Source: Parcubacteria group bacterium CG1_02_58_44 | GTDB lineage: Bacteria > Patescibacteriota > Patescibacteriia > SG8-24 | DNA length: 56,251 nt | Assembly: GCA_001872545.1 (NCBI GenBank) | Contig: MNWN01000036.1 | Span: 1-56,251, forward strand | Direction of reading: 5' to 3' | In this document: in pieces, positions 27,317 to 36,385 of the stretch | Numbering within the stretch: position 1 is the stretch's first letter | Layout: each line of letters starts with the position of its first letter | Made by a program: the position numbers and the translations under genes | Notes under the pieces: generated by a model | Told to the model about the DNA's origin: nothing | The model's database searches: none | What the model saw: the letters and a program-made list of their open reading frames with translations, nothing else

Positions 27317-28012
27317 ATGGCTCACGACGGCTCCGAGACGTTCATTCTCTCCCTAGGCGGATCGCTGATATCCGTCGACGGCAAGGTCGACAATTCCTAC
27401 CTGAAGAAGTTCCTCGCTCTGGTCACGGCCCAGGTTCGGCGGGGGCGGAAGTTCATCATCGTCTGCGGCGGCGGTTGGACCTGTCGTGAGTATCAGCGGG
27501 CCCTGTCGTCAGTGGTTAAGCCAACTCCCCACGAGCTCGACTTTCTCGGCATCGAGGTCACCCGGCTCAACGCCAACCTGGTTCGTCTGGCCTTCGGCAG
27601 CAGCGCCCATTCGGAGATAGTCATCGACCCGACGGCCCCGCTCCGGACCAGCAAGCCGATCATCGTCGGTGCCGGCTGGAAACCGGGCTGCTCGACCGAC
27701 TACGATGCGGTCCTGCTGGCCAGGAAGTTCCACGCCGGAACGATCGTCAATCTGACCAATATCGGCTTCGTCTACGACCGCGATCCCAAGCGGTATCCCG
27801 ACGCCAGGCCGCTGCGGGAGGTCGACTGGAAGGAGTACCGGCGGCTGGTCGGCTCGAAATGGGTCCCCGGCTCGAACTTGCCTTTTGACCCGATTGCGTC
27901 TAAGCTGGCGCACGAGTCGGGCCTGAGGGTGATCGTCGCCGACGGCGGCCGACTCGATAACCTAAGAAAGATTCTGGACGGTGAACGCTTCCGTGGCACC
28001 GTCATCGGCTAG
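27317..28012 (+). CDS. pyrH: UMP kinase, archaeal type
   Basis: 231 aa. ILSLGGS...FIIVCGGG...GIEVTRLNA...GAGWKPGCSTD is colinear with archaeal PyrH rather than the bacterial hexameric type. Confidence 0.85.
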   Translation: MAHDGSETFILSLGGSLISVDGKVDNSYLKKFLALVTAQVRRGRKFIIVCGGGWTCREYQRALSSVVKPTPHELDFLGIEVTRLNANLVRLAFGSSAHSEIVIDPTAPLRTSKPIIVGAGWKPGCSTDYDAVLLARKFHAGTIVNLTNIGFVYDRDPKRYPDARPLREVDWKEYRRLVGSKWVPGSNLPFDPIASKLAHESGLRVIVADGGRLDNLRKILDGERFRGTVIG

Positions 28013-28019
28013 CAAGGAT

Positions 28020-28496
28020 ATGGAAAATAAGAGCGGAATGCGTTGGTTTTTTACTTTTCCCGCGTTGGCGATAATCGCCATAGTCCTGATCTTGGCGTCC
28101 AGCAAATATGGAAAGAGGATTTCCTACCTGGTGCGTGGTCAGGACGACAAGCCGACGATCGACTTTACCTGGATACCGCTCGGTCGGGTCAGACTGACTG
28201 AGATGGTCGGTCAGGTGTTTCTGGAGGACGACTATGCCCTCGATTTCAGTACCTTCAAGATCGAGGTAGTCGAGATCGGTAAGGTACTGAGGATCGCTCG
28301 GGAGGATCTGGTCGGCCGTGAGTACACCGACCGCGTTTCCTTCGCCCAGCTGGCCGGAAATCCGGAGATCAACATGCGTGGACAGATGACCCTGAGAATT
28401 TCGGTGGCCGACGACCGCGGTCAGCTGACGGAGATCGAACGGGTAATAAAGATCAATCCTGAGCTGGGCAGCGCCGAAATGAAAGTCACTGAGTAG
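28020..28496 (+). CDS. Membrane-anchored hypothetical protein
   Basis: ATG at 28020 preceded by AAGGA. One TM helix, then a beta-rich domain. The listed 27981 start would overlap pyrH. Confidence 0.6.
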   Translation: MENKSGMRWFFTFPALAIIAIVLILASSKYGKRISYLVRGQDDKPTIDFTWIPLGRVRLTEMVGQVFLEDDYALDFSTFKIEVVEIGKVLRIAREDLVGREYTDRVSFAQLAGNPEINMRGQMTLRISVADDRGQLTEIERVIKINPELGSAEMKVTE

Positions 28497-28517
28497 GGGC
28501 CTGTCGGCCATAGTGAC

Positions 28518-28546
28518 TTGACAGCCGGATCGAGGAGGGATAATCT
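28518..28546 (+). promoter_or_regulatory. Sigma70-like promoter for rplJ-rplL
   Basis: TTGACA (28518-28523), a 17-nt spacer, then TAATCT (28541-28546). Confidence 0.5.
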
Positions 28547-28552
28547 TGTCAT

Positions 28553-28726
28553 CGACAACGTATCGCCGTAGACTGCAGGTCCGCAAGGATAATGCCACTC
28601 AGATGGCGCCTGCACAGGCAGAGGGAGCGCCATCGGCGTCTCTTGAACCCATGTCTGCGGCAATACCGCGGCATTTTATTTAAAGGTCGATTTAGGGCCC
28701 GTTAGGGTCCAGGAATCCATGCATTT
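28553..28726 (+). promoter_or_regulatory. Structured rplJ 5' leader (candidate L10-leader-type autoregulatory element with attenuator)
   Basis: An 8-bp helix GAUGGCGC/GCGCCAUC (28602-28634) encloses a CUGC-ACAG-GCAG hairpin plus a purine bulge. This is followed by CUGCGG-CAAUA-CCGCGG plus CAUUUUAUUU (28655-28681). Confidence 0.35.
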
Positions 28727-29245
28727 ATGGCCAAGACAAGGCAACAGAAGGAAGCCGAAGTGCGTGAGGTTGCGGAAGGGCTGAAGGAAGCCAAGTCCAT
28801 TGTGGTGGCCGACCTGTCGCCTCTCAAGGTGCAGGAGAACACCATGCTTAGGCAGAAGGCCAAGCTGCAGTCGGTCCGGGTGAAGGGCGTCAAGAAGACC
28901 CTTTTCCGGCTGGCGGCTAAGGAGGCCGGCCTGACGGTGGACGAATTTTCCGTCGGCGGCAGCATGACGCTACTGCTGGGTCTCGGTGACGAGGTGGCTC
29001 CGGCCAGGCTCGTGGCGGAGATCCAAAAGGAGCGCAAGGGACTCAACATCCAGGGCGGAATTCTGGAGTCGAGATGGATGACCTCGGAAGAGGTGATCGC
29101 CCTCGCCAAGCTGCCGAGCAAGGATCAGCTGATCGCCCAAGTGGTCGGTTCGATCCGGGCCCCGCTCTCCGGTCTGGTGGGCGTACTGCAGGGAAACCTG
29201 CGCAACCTCGTCTACGTGCTGAACGCAGTCAAGGACTCAAAGTAA
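28727..29245 (+). CDS. rplJ: 50S ribosomal protein L10
   Basis: 172 aa. The typical L10 N-terminus (KQQKEAEVREV..) and its position upstream of rplL. Confidence 0.95.
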   Translation: MAKTRQQKEAEVREVAEGLKEAKSIVVADLSPLKVQENTMLRQKAKLQSVRVKGVKKTLFRLAAKEAGLTVDEFSVGGSMTLLLGLGDEVAPARLVAEIQKERKGLNIQGGILESRWMTSEEVIALAKLPSKDQLIAQVVGSIRAPLSGLVGVLQGNLRNLVYVLNAVKDSK

Positions 29246-29302
29246 TTAGTCCGTTCAAGACGGAAAACCGGAAAGCTGTTCCGGAATTAACCTGACATCG
29301 AT

Positions 29303-29728
29303 ATGTCGGAAGAGAATCAGGAAGAGAAGAAGGCAGTTGAGGTCCCGGAGAAGTTCAAGGATCTCGTCGCTGGCATCGAGAAGATGTCGGTGTTGGATCT
29401 GGCCGAGCTGGTCAAGGTCCTCGAGGAGAAGTTTGGCGTGTCGGCCTCGGCCCCGATGATGGCCTTCGCCGGTGCTGCTCCGGCAGCCGGTGCGGAAGCC
29501 AGCGCCGAAGAGGAGAAGTCCTCGTTCGACGTCGAGATCACCGAAGCCGGATCGAACAAGATCGGCGTCATCAAGGCGATCCGCGAGCTGACCCAGATGG
29601 GCTTGGCCGACGCCAAGGCGCTGGTCGACGGAGCCCCGAAGGTGCTCCAGGAGGCAGTCGCCAAGGAAACGGCTCAGGAGTGGAAGAAGAAGCTCGAGGA
29701 GGGAGGCGCCAAGGTTACGCTGAAGTAA
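29303..29728 (+). CDS. rplL: 50S ribosomal protein L7/L12
   Basis: 141 aa. An Ala-rich hinge and C-terminal [27 protein letters not shown]. Confidence 0.96.
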   Translation: MSEENQEEKKAVEVPEKFKDLVAGIEKMSVLDLAELVKVLEEKFGVSASAPMMAFAGAAPAAGAEASAEEEKSSFDVEITEAGSNKIGVIKAIRELTQMGLADAKALVDGAPKVLQEAVAKETAQEWKKKLEEGGAKVTLK

Positions 29729-29750
29729 TCGGCGTTCGGACCGAAATGAA

Positions 29751-29776
29751 AGAGGACCCTCATGGGTCCTCTTTTG
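29751..29776. terminator. Bidirectional terminator
   Basis: AGAGGACCC-UCAU-GGGUCCUCU followed by UUUU, with an A-rich flank for the minus strand. Confidence 0.7.
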
Positions 29777-29812
29777 ACTGTCGAAAAGCAGAAGATCAGG
29801 TCAGGTCGAGTC

Positions 29813-32191
29813 TCACTGTTCCTTCCAAGTGAAGCGCAGGATGCGGTTGCCGCTGACCGCCAGTATCTGCCGTTTGGCCTGGTCCACCAGAAAGTCCGTG
29901 ACTGCGGCCAAATCCGGCGACTCATACTGCTTGGTCAGTTGTCCGTTGCCCTTGTCGAATCTGACTACACGTCCGTCGGTCAGCACGTAGAGGTCATCAC
30001 GGTCGCTGGGCGTACGCAGGAGCCTAGGCGCTAAGAGCGGCGGGTCGGTCTCGCCGACCGTGAAGTCGGTCGCCTTACCGCTGAGCAGGCGAATCACCTT
30101 TCCGTCGGACGACAGGACGAAGACGTAGCCGTCAATGGCGATAGAGATGGCTTGGGACAGGTCGGTGCCGTCCTTGACGTAAACCTCCGGACTGCCGAAG
30201 CCGTTGTTGTTGGAGGCGAGTTTCAGAATGTGGTTATGCGTCGAGTCGAGTAGGTAAAGACGTGAGCCGAAGGTCGCTGCCCGGTCGACACTAACGTCAA
30301 AGTCTCCGTCGGAGATTTTCTGTTCGGTAACCTTACCGCCGGTAGTCACAGCTACAGCCTGTCCGTCGGCATAGCCGATCATAGCTCCATCGCTCTTCGG
30401 CAGTAGGAAGATCGGCGTGCTGCCGGCTTCCGGCGAGTAGACCGGTTCGGCCGAACCGTCGGTGGCGACAGCGAAGACCTGTCCGTCGGACGACACTGAC
30501 CAGAGTCGTCCGTCGCCACCTCCCAGCACTAGGCGCAGATCGACTGGTGAGCCGTCGATGGAGATGGTGGAGATGACCTCGGGCGCATCAAGACTGACGG
30601 CCCGTCGTAGGTCTGAAAATTTGATGCGAATTTCCTCGAGCAGACTATCCTTGGTCTCCGTTGTGTCGCTCGAACCATCCGGTAGTTCGGAGATTGCGGC
30701 CATAGCCTCGTCGAGCAGTCTCCGGGCTCGGTCCTCGTCCCGGTATATCAGGCTGGCTTCGGCCGAGTCGATCTGCTGCCGGATTACGGCCATCCGTTTG
30801 TCGAGGCTGGCCGTCGACTGTTCCGTCTGCCGCCGCCAGACGATGAAAAGCAGACTGATGGCGACGATGGCCAGCAGCACCGCCGCAGCGGCCAACAGGT
30901 TTTTGCTGCGCCGGTTGAGCGAACGCCAGGCAGTGAAGGCCGGTCCGAAACGTCCGCCGTCGTCAGAGCCGCCGTCACCGACCGAACTCAGTGAGCGCGC
31001 TGCCGTCGGTTTACTGTCTTGTTTGGATGCGCTGTCGTCGGACCGATCTTCGAAGGTTCCGGAAGTTTTATTGGTCCCGCTGGGTTTGTTGTCGCGTGAA
31101 TTGGAAACCGGAGCGGTTGGCCGCGATTTTCCACCGCTTTTTTCCTTCAACCGTTCAATTTTCTCTTTTGAGTATTCTTTTAGTGTGGCAGCTGTCTTGA
31201 TGCTCCGAGCGGCAGTCACTCGACCAACTTTCTTGGCAACGACAACGGCTCGTCTAGCCCAGACCGCACTGGTCTTGGCCAGGACGACCAGTCCGGATTT
31301 GATCGACTGAAGTAGCTTGATCGACTGCTCGGCTCTTGAGACCGGTACTCGGCTGGATTTCATGCTGAAGTTTGTTGTCGGTTCGACCGGCCTGGGTACG
31401 ATGCGGCTGGTAGCTCCGGCAGGACTGACGCTCTCAGTCGCCGTCGCCCCGTCGAGCAGCAGCAGAGCCAAGTCCAGGTCGTCATAACGACCGAGCAGTG
31501 CGTCCCGCAGCATGGACGTCACCAGGTCGGTCCTTGCCGCCGACATGATCTCGAGCGTCTCCATTTTGCCCAACAGCTCGACTAGGTCGCGGTTTGCGAC
31601 CAGCATTCGGTCGCGTGGACCGATCGGTCCGCTGATCAGGTTGGTGAAACCGACCAGTCCGGCGGTCAACGGTGCAGTCGGCGACTCCGCTTCGGTTTTC
31701 AGTACGTTGAAGATATTCGATCCGCCGGCCGCCGTCTGCCGGAACAGCTGCAGGGACGGCTGGCCCCAGACGGCCGCCGCCACCTCCTGACCGTGCTGAG
31801 CGACGATAGCTCCCTTGATGTCGCCTGGCGCCAGCTGCAGTCCTCCGTCCCCCAGCAGTCGTGAGAGCATGGTATTGACCCGATGGATCACTGTCTCGAA
31901 AGTTCGTTCCAGAGTCGAGTTCACCGGCAGCGAGTTAAACACCCGTTCAGCGGCATCAGCAAAGGTTTCCTCGATGTTCGCCGACAGGACGTCGCCTGTC
32001 CTGACGTCCAAGACAGCCGAAATTAGTCCCTGTACGTCGCCGAAGCGGTCGACGGCGGCGGAAGGAATCTTAAGGGTGAGTGTCCGAACGTAGGTTTCCG
32101 GCCCCTTTGTCCTCCAGGGCGTCAGTTTGCTCAGGACGTTTGGTTGCTGAAACATACCCGGGTCTATTTTGACCTGCATTAACGAGGCCAT
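29813..32191 (-). CDS. Large bitopic protein: degenerate PP2C/SpoIIE-like N-terminal domain, one TM, C-terminal beta-propeller-like repeats
   Basis: 792 aa with a TM at LLAAAAVLLAIVAISLLFIVW. The C-terminal half has repeated SDGQVFAV / SDGKVIRL / TDGRVVRF blades. The N-terminal domain call is weak. Confidence 0.8.
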   Translation of the reverse strand: MASLMQVKIDPGMFQQPNVLSKLTPWRTKGPETYVRTLTLKIPSAAVDRFGDVQGLISAVLDVRTGDVLSANIEETFADAAERVFNSLPVNSTLERTFETVIHRVNTMLSRLLGDGGLQLAPGDIKGAIVAQHGQEVAAAVWGQPSLQLFRQTAAGGSNIFNVLKTEAESPTAPLTAGLVGFTNLISGPIGPRDRMLVANRDLVELLGKMETLEIMSAARTDLVTSMLRDALLGRYDDLDLALLLLDGATATESVSPAGATSRIVPRPVEPTTNFSMKSSRVPVSRAEQSIKLLQSIKSGLVVLAKTSAVWARRAVVVAKKVGRVTAARSIKTAATLKEYSKEKIERLKEKSGGKSRPTAPVSNSRDNKPSGTNKTSGTFEDRSDDSASKQDSKPTAARSLSSVGDGGSDDGGRFGPAFTAWRSLNRRSKNLLAAAAVLLAIVAISLLFIVWRRQTEQSTASLDKRMAVIRQQIDSAEASLIYRDEDRARRLLDEAMAAISELPDGSSDTTETKDSLLEEIRIKFSDLRRAVSLDAPEVISTISIDGSPVDLRLVLGGGDGRLWSVSSDGQVFAVATDGSAEPVYSPEAGSTPIFLLPKSDGAMIGYADGQAVAVTTGGKVTEQKISDGDFDVSVDRAATFGSRLYLLDSTHNHILKLASNNNGFGSPEVYVKDGTDLSQAISIAIDGYVFVLSSDGKVIRLLSGKATDFTVGETDPPLLAPRLLRTPSDRDDLYVLTDGRVVRFDKGNGQLTKQYESPDLAAVTDFLVDQAKRQILAVSGNRILRFTWKEQ

Positions 32192-32321
32192 TATACTATA
32201 TGCCGTATTAGGCAGGCAAAGATGATTAGGCGAAGAAGACCTACAAGAACACTAAAATTGATCGGTTGGTCGGTGAGGGAGGCTGTCGAATGGTCCACTC
32301 CCCCGACATATAAGTACGAAC

Positions 32322-32975
32322 ATGCTTGAGCAGCTTTTCGGGTCAAAGACTAGGGTGCATCTGCTGAGACTTTTTCTAGCGAATCAGGAAGAGTGCTTTT
32401 TCGTCAGGCAGCTGACGCGCAAGATCGGTGCGCAGATCAACGCGGTCCGCAATGAACTCGATAACCTGACGAGTATGGGCATTATCGAGATCGCCAAGGG
32501 TGACGGTGAGGACGGCACTGACAGCGAAGAGGTCGGACGGTCGTCCGGCCAGCGCAAGTACTATCGCATCAATAAGGACTGCCTGTTCTTTCCTGAACTG
32601 CGGGCGCTCTTCTCGAAGTCAGGCGTACTGCTGGAGAAGCAGTTTGTTCAGCGACTCAGCCGAGCCGGTACGTTGCAGTACCTGGCATTGATGGGCTATT
32701 TCGTCGGCGAGTCCGATGCTCCGACCGACATCTTTATCGTCGGTAAGCTGTCCAAGGAACGGGTGACTTCGGCCGTACATTCGCTGGAGCAGGGAATCAG
32801 CAAGGAGATCAACTACACGGTCATGAACCCGACCGAATTCACCTACCGCAAGGAGCTGACCGACCGATTTCTCTACGATATCCTGGACGCACGAAAGGTG
32901 GTGGTTGTGGATGCGCTTCTGGAACGGGCCACGACGGAATTGAAGAAACAGGCCGCCGTCGCACGGGCCAGATGA
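32322..32975 (+). CDS. Winged-helix (ArsR/MarR-like) transcriptional regulator with a C-terminal extension
   Basis: 217 aa. N-terminal LFGSKTRVHLLRLFL....FVRQLTRKIGAQINAVRNELDNL. Confidence 0.75.
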   Translation: MLEQLFGSKTRVHLLRLFLANQEECFFVRQLTRKIGAQINAVRNELDNLTSMGIIEIAKGDGEDGTDSEEVGRSSGQRKYYRINKDCLFFPELRALFSKSGVLLEKQFVQRLSRAGTLQYLALMGYFVGESDAPTDIFIVGKLSKERVTSAVHSLEQGISKEINYTVMNPTEFTYRKELTDRFLYDILDARKVVVVDALLERATTELKKQAAVARAR

Positions 32976-32976
32976 T

Positions 32977-33405
32977 ATGGTGCTGATCGTGGACTACCGG
33001 GACGGTAAGGGTGAGATGCTCCTCGCAGGCGACGGTCCGGCGAGGAGATTTGGCTCTTCCGGCCGAAGAGACGGTTTCGTGGCGCTGGGAATGGTCCTGG
33101 CTGAGGTTGGTGATAGTGTTCTGGATGGAGTGGCCGCCGTTCTGCCGACGACCGAGAGACAACAGGAGGCCGGCATGACCTGGAGTTCGGTGCGCGGTGC
33201 GGTGGCGTTGGCCAATGCCCTGGCGTTTGCCCATGGCGTGCCGGCCGTGCGGATCGATTCGGCGGACGACGATGATGTCTTAGCTGAGTCTGCGGACGCG
33301 GCGGTCGTTTCGGCCGTACCGCAGGCTACCGTCCGGGCCGACTACGACGGCCAGCCGAACATCACCCGACCCAAGGATCGGGGTGTGAGCGTCGAACGAC
33401 ATTGA
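32977..33405 (+). CDS. Short TsaB/YeaZ-like protein (N-terminal ASKHA half only)
   Basis: 142 aa. ..GMTWSSVRGAVALANALAFAHGVPAVRI resembles the TsaB segment SWTGLRIG.A.AKGLA...IP. Weak call. Confidence 0.4.
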   Translation: MVLIVDYRDGKGEMLLAGDGPARRFGSSGRRDGFVALGMVLAEVGDSVLDGVAAVLPTTERQQEAGMTWSSVRGAVALANALAFAHGVPAVRIDSADDDDVLAESADAAVVSAVPQATVRADYDGQPNITRPKDRGVSVERH

Positions 33406-33430
33406 CTCGCGGTTTTCAGCGGAAACCCAC

Positions 33431-33463
33431 AGAGAGCCGGCAAGACTGTCGGTTCTCTTTTTT
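33431..33463 (+). terminator. Rho-independent terminator
   Basis: 12-bp stem AGAGAGCCGGCA / UGUCGGUUCUCU (two G-U pairs), an AGAC loop, and a U6 run. Confidence 0.7.
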
Positions 33464-33577
33464 GTCAGGAGCACCTTAACTGCCTCGTCGATTCGAGCTG
33501 GTTGTCGTCAAACAGGTCCGTGGTCTTTAGCTCCAGATCGATTCTGGGTCCAGATTGAGGCAAAATCAGTCCGACTC

Positions 33578-33606
33578 TTGAAAGAGCGGTCGTAAATTGA
33601 TAGTGT
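33578..33606 (+). promoter_or_regulatory. Candidate promoter of the glycosyltransferase cluster
   Basis: TTGAAA, a 17-nt spacer, then TAGTGT. Confidence 0.3.
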
Positions 33607-33643
33607 ACAGGTACAAAAAAGCCCAAGTTATGGGAAAAAAGCA

Positions 33644-35302
33644 ATGAACACGACTTTGGATTTTGAGACTCGGGGAGGGGCTTCGGCTTCGGAACGGGTT
33701 GCGGGAACAGTAAATTCGGTTCAGACGGAGGGGATCGGTACGGTCAAGTCCGCCTGCGGCGAGTCCTGCGGAACGGCCGGGCGCTTTCGGGTCGGCAGCT
33801 GCCGTTGGGCCGAGGTCATTCCCGGCGTTCTGGTTTGGGCTACGCTTATCGCCGCGCTGGTGCTGTCGCATGTCGCCCCAATCTCCGTGATGTACTTTAT
33901 CATTCTGTTCGACCTGTACTGGGTGCTGCGGGTCTGCTATTTCGTGGTGCTTCTGGCCATGGCCTGGCGTCGTTACCGCCGCGATGTCGCAGTGGACTGG
34001 CTGGTCCGTGCCTCGGCCCGGCCCGGCTTCGACGACATCTATCATCTGGTCGTCCTCCCGACCTACAAGGAGGACATCGAGATTCTAAGGCCGACGTTTC
34101 AGAGTTTGGTCGAATCGAACTATCCGACATCCGAGCGTTTCATCGTCTTTCTGGCCGGTGAGGAGCGCGATCGCGAGCGTTTCGAGCGCAACGCCGAGGC
34201 CATCAGACGTGAGTTCGGCGACAGGTTCTTTCGACTGGTCTTCACCGTCCATCCCAAGGACATTCCGCATGACCTGCCGGGCAAGAGTTCCAATACCCAC
34301 TTCGTCGCCCACCGCGCCAAGGAACTGATCGATGAGCTGGGGATTCCGTACGATAAGGTCATCGTCTCTTCCTTCGATATCGACACCTGCGCCCATCCGC
34401 AGTACTTCGCCTGCGTGACCTACAAGTACCTGACCGAGGCGGACCCGACACGCTGCTCCTACCAGCCGGCGGTGCTCTACAACAACAACGTCTGGGATGC
34501 CTCGCCGGCGGTGCGCGTGGCGGTCTTCGGTACGACCTTCTGGCTCATGTCCGAGCTGGTGCGGCCGGAGCGCATGTTTACCTTCTCCTCGCACAGCATG
34601 TCGTTTCAGGCGCTGGTGGACGTCGGGTTTTGGGAGCGGGACATCGTCACCGAGGACTCGCGCATCTTCCTGCAGTGTTTCCTGCGCTACGACGGCGACT
34701 ATCGGGTGGTGCCGATTCACGTCCCCGTCTCCATGGACATGGTAATGGCCGACACCCACTTCCGTTCGTTGGTGAACCTGTACAAGCAGCAGCGGCGCTG
34801 GGCTTGGGGAGTGGAACATCTGCCCTACATGATCCAGCGTTTCGCCGAGAATCCTCGGATATCCCGAAGAAAAAAGGCCTTTCGTCTGTTCAATCAGATC
34901 GAGGGCATGTACTCTTGGGCGACGGCTCCACTGCTCATATTCCTGTTGGGTTACCTGCCGCTTTGGCTAGCGCCGGACGCCACAAAAATTGAGGTTTTCT
35001 ATCAGAACACTCCCCACATACTGGAGGCGCTGATGCGCGTTGCCATGATCGGCGTGTTCGTCTCGGCCGTTGTCGGCTTCGCGCTGCTGCCCCGACGTCC
35101 GGCCCATCGCGGTCCGGGGCAGGTGCTGATAATGGTCCTGCAGTGGCTGCTGGTGCCGGTGACCTTCGTGGTTTTCGGGTCGATTCCGGCCATCGACGCC
35201 CAGACACGCCTGATGTTAGGGCGTTACATGGGGTTCAACGTTACCGAAAAACGGCGACGGACCGAAGGGGCCGTCGGCACTGTCGCCAAATCTATCTTCT
35301 GA
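33644..35302 (+). CDS. Polytopic family-2 glycosyltransferase (cellulose/chitin-synthase-like)
   Basis: 552 aa. VVLPTYKE..., SFDIDT, a Q(Q)RRWAWG motif (QxxRW), and TM helices on both sides. Confidence 0.85.
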   Translation: MNTTLDFETRGGASASERVAGTVNSVQTEGIGTVKSACGESCGTAGRFRVGSCRWAEVIPGVLVWATLIAALVLSHVAPISVMYFIILFDLYWVLRVCYFVVLLAMAWRRYRRDVAVDWLVRASARPGFDDIYHLVVLPTYKEDIEILRPTFQSLVESNYPTSERFIVFLAGEERDRERFERNAEAIRREFGDRFFRLVFTVHPKDIPHDLPGKSSNTHFVAHRAKELIDELGIPYDKVIVSSFDIDTCAHPQYFACVTYKYLTEADPTRCSYQPAVLYNNNVWDASPAVRVAVFGTTFWLMSELVRPERMFTFSSHSMSFQALVDVGFWERDIVTEDSRIFLQCFLRYDGDYRVVPIHVPVSMDMVMADTHFRSLVNLYKQQRRWAWGVEHLPYMIQRFAENPRISRRKKAFRLFNQIEGMYSWATAPLLIFLLGYLPLWLAPDATKIEVFYQNTPHILEALMRVAMIGVFVSAVVGFALLPRRPAHRGPGQVLIMVLQWLLVPVTFVVFGSIPAIDAQTRLMLGRYMGFNVTEKRRRTEGAVGTVAKSIF

Positions 35303-35345
35303 AGCCTTTAGGACGGCAATCTTTCCGTCCCTCACTGCACATCCT

Positions 35346-36383
35346 ATGACCAAAGTCGCCGTTGCGGTCGTGTCCTGGAATCACATGAAGTACCTGTCCG
35401 ACGCGCTCCAGTCGGTCAGGCGACAGACTCACCAGGACCTGTCTCTTATTGTGGTCGACAATGCCTCGTCCGACGGCACGTCCGAGCTCGTCCGGACTGA
35501 GTTTCCGGAGGCCGTACTTATCAGAAACATTAGGAATCTCGGCTTTTCCAGGGCCTACAATCAGGCGATCGAATATGCGCGGGCGAATTTGAGGCGTGAC
35601 GGCGAGGAACTGTTCGTTCTGGTCATGAATCCTGACATCATCCTGAAGCCGGACTACATTGAGCGTCTGCTCGATCGCATGACGAACCGGACCGACGTCG
35701 GCAGTGCGGGAGGCAAGCTGCTGCGGGTCCACGAGCGACAGGACGGCGACCTGTCGGAGAAGGACTTTTCGGACGTCATCGACTCCACCGGCCTGCGCAT
35801 CTGTCGGTCGCGGCGTGCCGTGGACCGACGTTCCGGGGAGCGGGACACGGACTTCGATCGAACGGGTGAGGTATTCGGAATCTCCGGCGCCCTGGTGATG
35901 CTCAGGGTCAGTGCGCTCGACGATGTGGCCCTGATGGGTGAGTTCTTTGACGAGGATTTTTTCGCCTACAAGGAGGACGCCGACTTGGCCTGGCGGCTGC
36001 AGCTGCGCGGCTGGAAGTCGCTCTACGTGCCGGAAGCGGTAGCCTATCATCACCGTCGGGTCAAGGGTACCGAGAAGGCCTCCTGGCTGGCGGTTATCCG
36101 CGGCCGTCGTAACCGGTCCAAACTGGTGAGTCGCCTGTCCTACCGCAACCACGTCCTGATGCTTTTGAAGAACGAGCATTTGACCAACTTGGCGGTTGAC
36201 CTGCCGTGGATCCTTTCCTTCGAGCTGCGCAAGCTGGCCTACATGCTGCTGCTAGAGCCGTCGGTCTTTTTTGCGACGCTGCCTGACCTGATCCGTAATC
36301 TGCCGCGAGCTCTCGGCAAGAGACACAAGACGATCGGTTCGGCCCGGGTCAAGCCCAAGGAAATAAGAAAGTGGTTTCGTTAG
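35346..36383 (+). CDS. Family-2 glycosyltransferase
   Basis: 345 aa. VAVVSWNH....LIVVDNASSDGT and a DED-type motif (FFDEDFFAYKEDADL). Confidence 0.9.
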   Translation: MTKVAVAVVSWNHMKYLSDALQSVRRQTHQDLSLIVVDNASSDGTSELVRTEFPEAVLIRNIRNLGFSRAYNQAIEYARANLRRDGEELFVLVMNPDIILKPDYIERLLDRMTNRTDVGSAGGKLLRVHERQDGDLSEKDFSDVIDSTGLRICRSRRAVDRRSGERDTDFDRTGEVFGISGALVMLRVSALDDVALMGEFFDEDFFAYKEDADLAWRLQLRGWKSLYVPEAVAYHHRRVKGTEKASWLAVIRGRRNRSKLVSRLSYRNHVLMLLKNEHLTNLAVDLPWILSFELRKLAYMLLLEPSVFFATLPDLIRNLPRALGKRHKTIGSARVKPKEIRKWFR

Positions 36384-36385
36384 GT

